Source: Scyliorhinus canicula
Lineage: Eukaryota
Reading direction: 5' to 3'
DNA: 64,000 nucleotides
NCBI RefSeq assembly: GCF_902713615.1
Contig: NC_052158.1
Coordinates: 40,973,729 to 41,037,728 of the forward strand
Shown: positions 61,095-64,000 of the stretch, piece by piece
Numbering within the stretch: the first letter of the stretch is position 1
Layout of the letters: each line of letters starts with the position of its first letter
Made by a program: the position numbers and the translations under genes
The notes under the pieces: generated by a model
What the model was told of the DNA's origin: nothing
Databases searched by the model: none
The model's input: the letters and a program-made list of their open reading frames with translations, nothing else

Positions 61095-61224
61095 TACTAC
61101 GTCGAACTGCTTCTTGAAAACATACAATATTTTAGCCTCAACTACTTCCTGTGGTAACAAATTCCACAGGCCCACCACTCTGGGTGAAATTTCTTTCCTC
61201 ATCTCAGTCCTAAATTGCCTACAC

Positions 61225-63960
61225 CAGGTTAAAACACTGCTCCTTCCTCAGGTGAATGAAGAGGTTTGTTCCAGAAACATCTATATAGACATATTCAAAG
61301 ATGCCAGACAATGCTTAGAATGCGAGCATTGGCAGGTGATTAAATCTTTACAGATCCAGAGATAGGGGTAACCCCAGGTTAAAGAGGTGTGAATTGTTTC
61401 AAGCCAGGGCAGTTGGTAGGATTTCGCAAGCTCAGGCCAGCTGGTGGGGAATGAATGTAATGCGACATGAATCCCAGATCCCGGTTGAGGCCGCAATCAT
61501 GTGTGCAGAACTTGGCTATAAGTTTCTGCTCGGTGATTCTGCGTTGTCGCACATCCTGAAGAACGCTTACCCGGAGATCAGCGAATGAATGCCCTTGACT
61601 GCTGAGGTGTTCCCCGACTGGAAGGGAACATTCCTGCCTGGTCATTGTCACATGATGTCCGTTCATTCGTTGTCGCAGCGTCTGCATGGTCTCGCCAATG
61701 TACCACACTTCGGGACATCCTTTCCTGCAGCGTATAAGGTAGAAAACGTTGGCCGAGTCGCACGAGTATGTACCGCGTACTTAAATTGGTGGTGTTCTCA
61801 CGTGTAATGGTGGTATCCATGTCGATGATCTGGCACATCTTGCAGAGATTGCCATGGCAGGGTTGTGTGGTGTCGTGGTCACTGTTCTGAAGGCTGGGTA
61901 GTTTTCTGCAACCAATGGTTTGTTTGAGGTTGCGCGGTTGTTTGAAGGCAAGTAGTGGGGGTGTGGGGTTGACGTTGGCAAGATGTTCATCTTTATCGAT
62001 GACGTGTTGAAGGCTGCGAAGAAGATGTCGTAGTTTCTCCACTCCGGGAAAGTACTGGACGACAAAGGGTACTCTGTCGGTGTGTCCCATGTTTGTCTTC
62101 TGAGGAGGTCGGTGCGGTTTTTTGCTGTGACGTGTTGGAACTGTCAAACAATGAGTCGAGCGCCATATCCCGTTCGTACGAGGGCATCTTTCAGCGTCTG
62201 TAATTGTCTGTTACGCTCCTCCTTGTCTGAGCAGATCCTGTGTATACGGCTTGTCCATTGTTCCCGGCTGGGTCACTGTCTGTGTGGAGTCTGCACGTCC
62301 TCCCCCTGTGTGCGTGGGTTTCCTCCGGGTGCTCCGGTTTCCCCCCACAGTCCAAAGATGTGCGGGTTAGGTGGATTGGCCATGCTAAATTGCCCGTAGT
62401 GTCCTAATAAAAGTAAGGGGGGGGGGTTGTTGGGTTACGGGTATAGGGTGGATACGTGGGTTTGAGTAGGGTGATCATGGCTCGGCACAACATTGAGGGC
62501 CGAAGGGCCTGTTCTGTGCTGTACTGTTCTATGTTCTATGTTCTATAGGGGATGGCTTCTTTAATGTGTTCAGGATGGAAGCTGGAGAAGTGGAGCATCG
62601 TGGGGTTATCCGTGGGCTTGCGATAAAGCGAAGTGCTGAAGTGACCGTCCTTGATGGAGACGAGTGTGTCCAAGAATGCAACTGATTTTGGAGAGTAGTC
62701 CATGGTGAGTCTGATGGTGGGATGGAACTTATTGATGTTATCATGTAGTCGTTTCAGTGATTCTTCGCCATGGGTCCAAAGGAAAAAAATGTCATCAATG
62801 TATCTGGTGTATAACATCGGTTGAAGGTCCTGTGCGGTGAGGAGGTCTTGTTCAACCTTGTCCATGAAGATGTTGGCATATTGAGGTGTGAATTTGGTCC
62901 CCATGGCTGTTCCATGCGTCTGGATGAAGAACTTGTTGTCGAAGGTGAAGAAGTTGTAATCCAGAATGAAGCGGATGAGTTGCAGAATTGCGTCTGGAGA
63001 TTGGCAGTTGTCGGTGTTGAGTACTGAGGCTGTTGCAGCAATGCCGTCGTCATTGGGGATGCTGGTGTAGAGTGCCGAGACATCCATTGTGACGAGGAAT
63101 GTTCCTGGTTCAACTGGTCCATGGGTGCTAAGTTTCTGCAGGAGGTCCATCGTGTCACGACAGAAGCTGGGCGTACCTTGTACGATGGGTTTCAAGATGC
63201 CCTCGATGTAGCCAGAAAGGTTCTCACACAGGGTCCCATTGCCTGAAACGATAGGACGTCCTGGTGTGTTGGCCTAGTGTATTTTCGGGAGGCAGTAAAG
63301 AGCTCCAATGCACGGGAGTACGTGGGATGAGAGCACGTACGGTGCTCTGAAGGTCTGGAACCAAAGTCTTGATCAGTCTGTTGAGTTGGCGGACGTGTTC
63401 CTTGATCAGATCTGCGGGTAAGTGTCTGTCTTGTTCCTGGTTGTTGAGTTGTCGGTATACTTCTTTGCAGTAATCCATTCTGTTCAGTATGACGGTGGCC
63501 CCTCCTTTGTCTGCTGGTTTGATGACGATGTTGCGGTTGGTCTTGAGAACGCGGATGGCATTGCATTGTGCTTGAGTGACGTTCGGGGCTGCCTTGTGAA
63601 TGCGATTGATGAATCTGGCATTGACACGACTCCTGACGGCTTGAGCATACATGTCGAGTCTAGGGCAGGGGCCTTCCGGAGGGGTCCAATTCGACTCTTT
63701 CCTCTTCGGTTGCCAAATGTAATGTTCTGCACAATTTCTGGGCAACTAGACCAAGGCTTCGTGGTTGTGCAGATTTCTTGAGAGCCTCACAACAATCAGA
63801 GGAAACATCGGAGCAATGCCAATTCTCATAAATCAACCATGCATGCCTGATCATCAGATTTCTGCAGGTTCAATGCGTATCTCTCAGTTAGGTTCCTTGC
63901 CTGTCGATCCAGAGTTCGGCAGATTTGGGCGACTAAATTAATATGTTAAAACAATTAGAA
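61225..63960 (-). mobile_element. Penelope-like element (RT plus GIY-YIG endonuclease), decayed
   Basis: TMDVSALYTSIP, GTAMGT, RYIDDIF, KPADKGG. WYIGET...RMNGH at ~61700. Confidence 0.92.
62261..62546 (+). mobile_element. 5'-truncated HE1-like V-SINE (tail A) in the Penelope ORF
   Basis: V-domain and (GTTCTAT)3 tail. It splits the EAIPY|GQALRIHRIC motif. Confidence 0.9.
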
Positions 63961-64000
63961 ATTATTTTGTCTCACCATACCACGTATGCCAAATTGTCTG

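Overview
Vertebrate genomic DNA, almost certainly a cartilaginous fish (shark). This is inferred from HE1-type V-SINEs and CR1/HER1-type LINEs with an SGNH-esterase ORF1. The window holds two tandemly duplicated C2H2 zinc-finger genes on the + strand: 21 fingers at 21095-22870, and 11 intact fingers at 41899-42915. Each has a short first exon and one large terminal exon, with no effector domain I can recognise. Most of the rest is nested transposons: CR1 LINEs (one full-length and intact apart from a SINE in ORF2), L1-like LINEs, Rex1/Babar, Penelope, Gypsy/LTR pieces and solo LTRs, a hAT-Charlie derivative, MITEs and about 14 SINEs. Top leads: (1) a phased slippery heptamer T-TTA-AAC/A at the ORF1 stop in all five CR1 ORF1/ORF2 junctions, with ORF2 in the -1 frame where checkable; (2) a 16-bp inverted repeat at the PBS position of a Gypsy element that pairs with the LTR AATAAA; (3) two independent insertions at the same codons of CR1 ORF2; (4) one V-SINE body carrying three different tails; (5) intron-like signals in CR1 5' UTRs. 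All calls were made by eye, with no database searches.
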